64,000 bases of DNA from Puccinia triticina (lineage: Eukaryota). Under the pieces are notes generated by a model. It was not told where the DNA came from. It did not search any database and saw only the letters and a list, made by a program, of their open reading frames with translations. Position numbers and translations under genes: made by a program. Of this stretch, positions 62,521-64,000 are shown piece by piece. The DNA lies in the NCBI GenBank assembly GCA_026914245.1, contig CP110440.1, positions 2,852,001-2,916,000 on the forward strand, given 5' to 3'. Numbering within the stretch: position 1 is the first letter of the stretch; each line of letters begins with the position of its first letter.

Positions 62521-64000
62521 TTCTTCCCCCCCCCCCCCCCCCCCCCTCCCCTGCCTTCCCCTCAACCACCTCCCCCTACAACTTACTCCTTAGTGTAACG
62601 TGGTTAGGCGTATGGCTATACCTAATGGACAGCTGGGTGTATGATTATGCATATCAAAAGACCATGAAATTGAGGGATAGCCAAGGTCACATTGGGGGAA
62701 AATCTGATTACATCTTCTCATTGGATTGTATGTGGAAAGCGTTGTGAAGTATGGAGTCTAATAGTATGTGTAAAGTCTCCTTCTTGAATTGTTCATAGGT
62801 AACGTTATTGGGGGAACCAGTAAACTTAAGCATGCAGGGTCTTATTGTCAGTATTGTTGAGTGGGAATTGATCAAATCCCACCAGAATTTTGAAAAGGAC
62901 TGGCTTAATTTGGCAAGGGTGGGTTTTATCTCCTTATCACGGAATGCTACATTGGCAAATGATTTTGCAAATCCTTCAAAATCTTGCCAGTTTTCAATTA
63001 TTGACTTGATTAGATGAAGAACAAATTATACATCACGCGGTAACCACTTGTGATTAATTGGTCTAACTGAGATCATCTTACATTTATCCCAGGTTTGTTT
63101 CCAATGAGAGGTAGGAAACTATACCATTGGAATTTGAATAATTTGGTGAAGTAATTGGCAATGTCTTCTGCACCATCTGTGCTGGGGAGGAATGCGTTGC
63201 TCAATGACGGGAGATTGAGTCTCTCTTTGGGATTGTTAAAGGCAATGTCATACAGAATAGTTTGTACAAAAGCAGGTTGGCTTCTGTATTCAATTAGGAT
63301 TTCTGGTGTTGGCTCAGTCAGTAGTGTCACTTTGTAAGCGGTTGTAGTCAGTTGCTCATTTGCACCTTTATAACCTATGAAAGTAACAGTAGATCATGGA
63401 GAACACACCATGGAACACTGTCTGTGGTGCCCACGCCTTGCAGGGGGGACAGGAGGTATAATGAAAGGATCTTTGTAAAGGGTGGCGCCCCCTTCACGCT
63501 TACTGCCACCACAGGGGTGAATGTGGGATCGGATTGCAACACATTGGAGGCGAGAAAGCAATATTGGACAAGCCAGTTGAGACATCTTGTTAAAGAACTC
63601 ACCAGTGGGTATCACTTTGGAGTGAGCAAAACAGCAATCATCCGGCGCTTGGCCGGGAACCAAAAGCCCTTGTCTGCCAAGACCCTTGGCAATTTTGCGG
63701 CGCAAAGAAGCAACCTTGGGTGAGCCGTTGATGGGTCGCTGCCTCTCAGGTCCATGATGCAAGGAGACCGCATGTTGTGTTCCAATGTTGGCTTTGCATG
63801 GAGACTTTGCTGGATAGGTGTTCATCTGGTCCAAGATTGGGCTGGGAATTGGACAAAACTGAACCAGACTTTCTCTGGTCATTGGTCAAAGACAGCCGGC
63901 TATATTAGATACGTAGCACAGTTGACTCACTCAGCACTAATTTGGTAGTGATGATTGCCACAGGGTCAGCAAGCCAAGGAGTGCGCTGGACCACGTCCAT

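Noticed and set aside
62600..63948. pol continuation of the gag-like remnant
   Set aside because: No protease, RT (YxDD) or integrase motifs were seen on either strand.

Overview
Eukaryotic, intron-containing, extremely repeat-rich DNA. It is most consistent with a rust fungus (Pucciniales/Puccinia-like), which I infer from the protein families and the TpCpG-type mutation pattern. I found no clearly intact housekeeping gene; the window is a pile of nested transposons. The dominant structure is a 25.5-kb non-coding CACTA-type element (28316-53822) with CACTA...TAGTG ends, ~530-550-bp TIRs and an exact 3-bp TSD (TGG). Its interior is a ~173-bp tandem satellite with higher-order structure and a 3-kb inverted block. 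Five further elements are nested inside it: a foldback, a solo LTR, a 7-bp-TSD MITE, a Helitron and a CACCAGG-ended element. It splits a minus-strand gene whose frame is restored when the element is removed, and a truncated sister element lies at 21474. The left part holds a decayed Tnp2-family CACTA transposase with an accessory gene, a non-autonomous LTR element, a kelch-repeat plus Tet/JBP-like pseudogene, a chromoviral Ty3/gypsy integrase end, solo LTRs, MITEs and a Helitron end next to an OB-fold-like gene. The right part holds a 1.6-kb solo LTR, gag-like remnants and decayed hypothetical genes. All protein family calls come from motif recognition by eye, not database searches.
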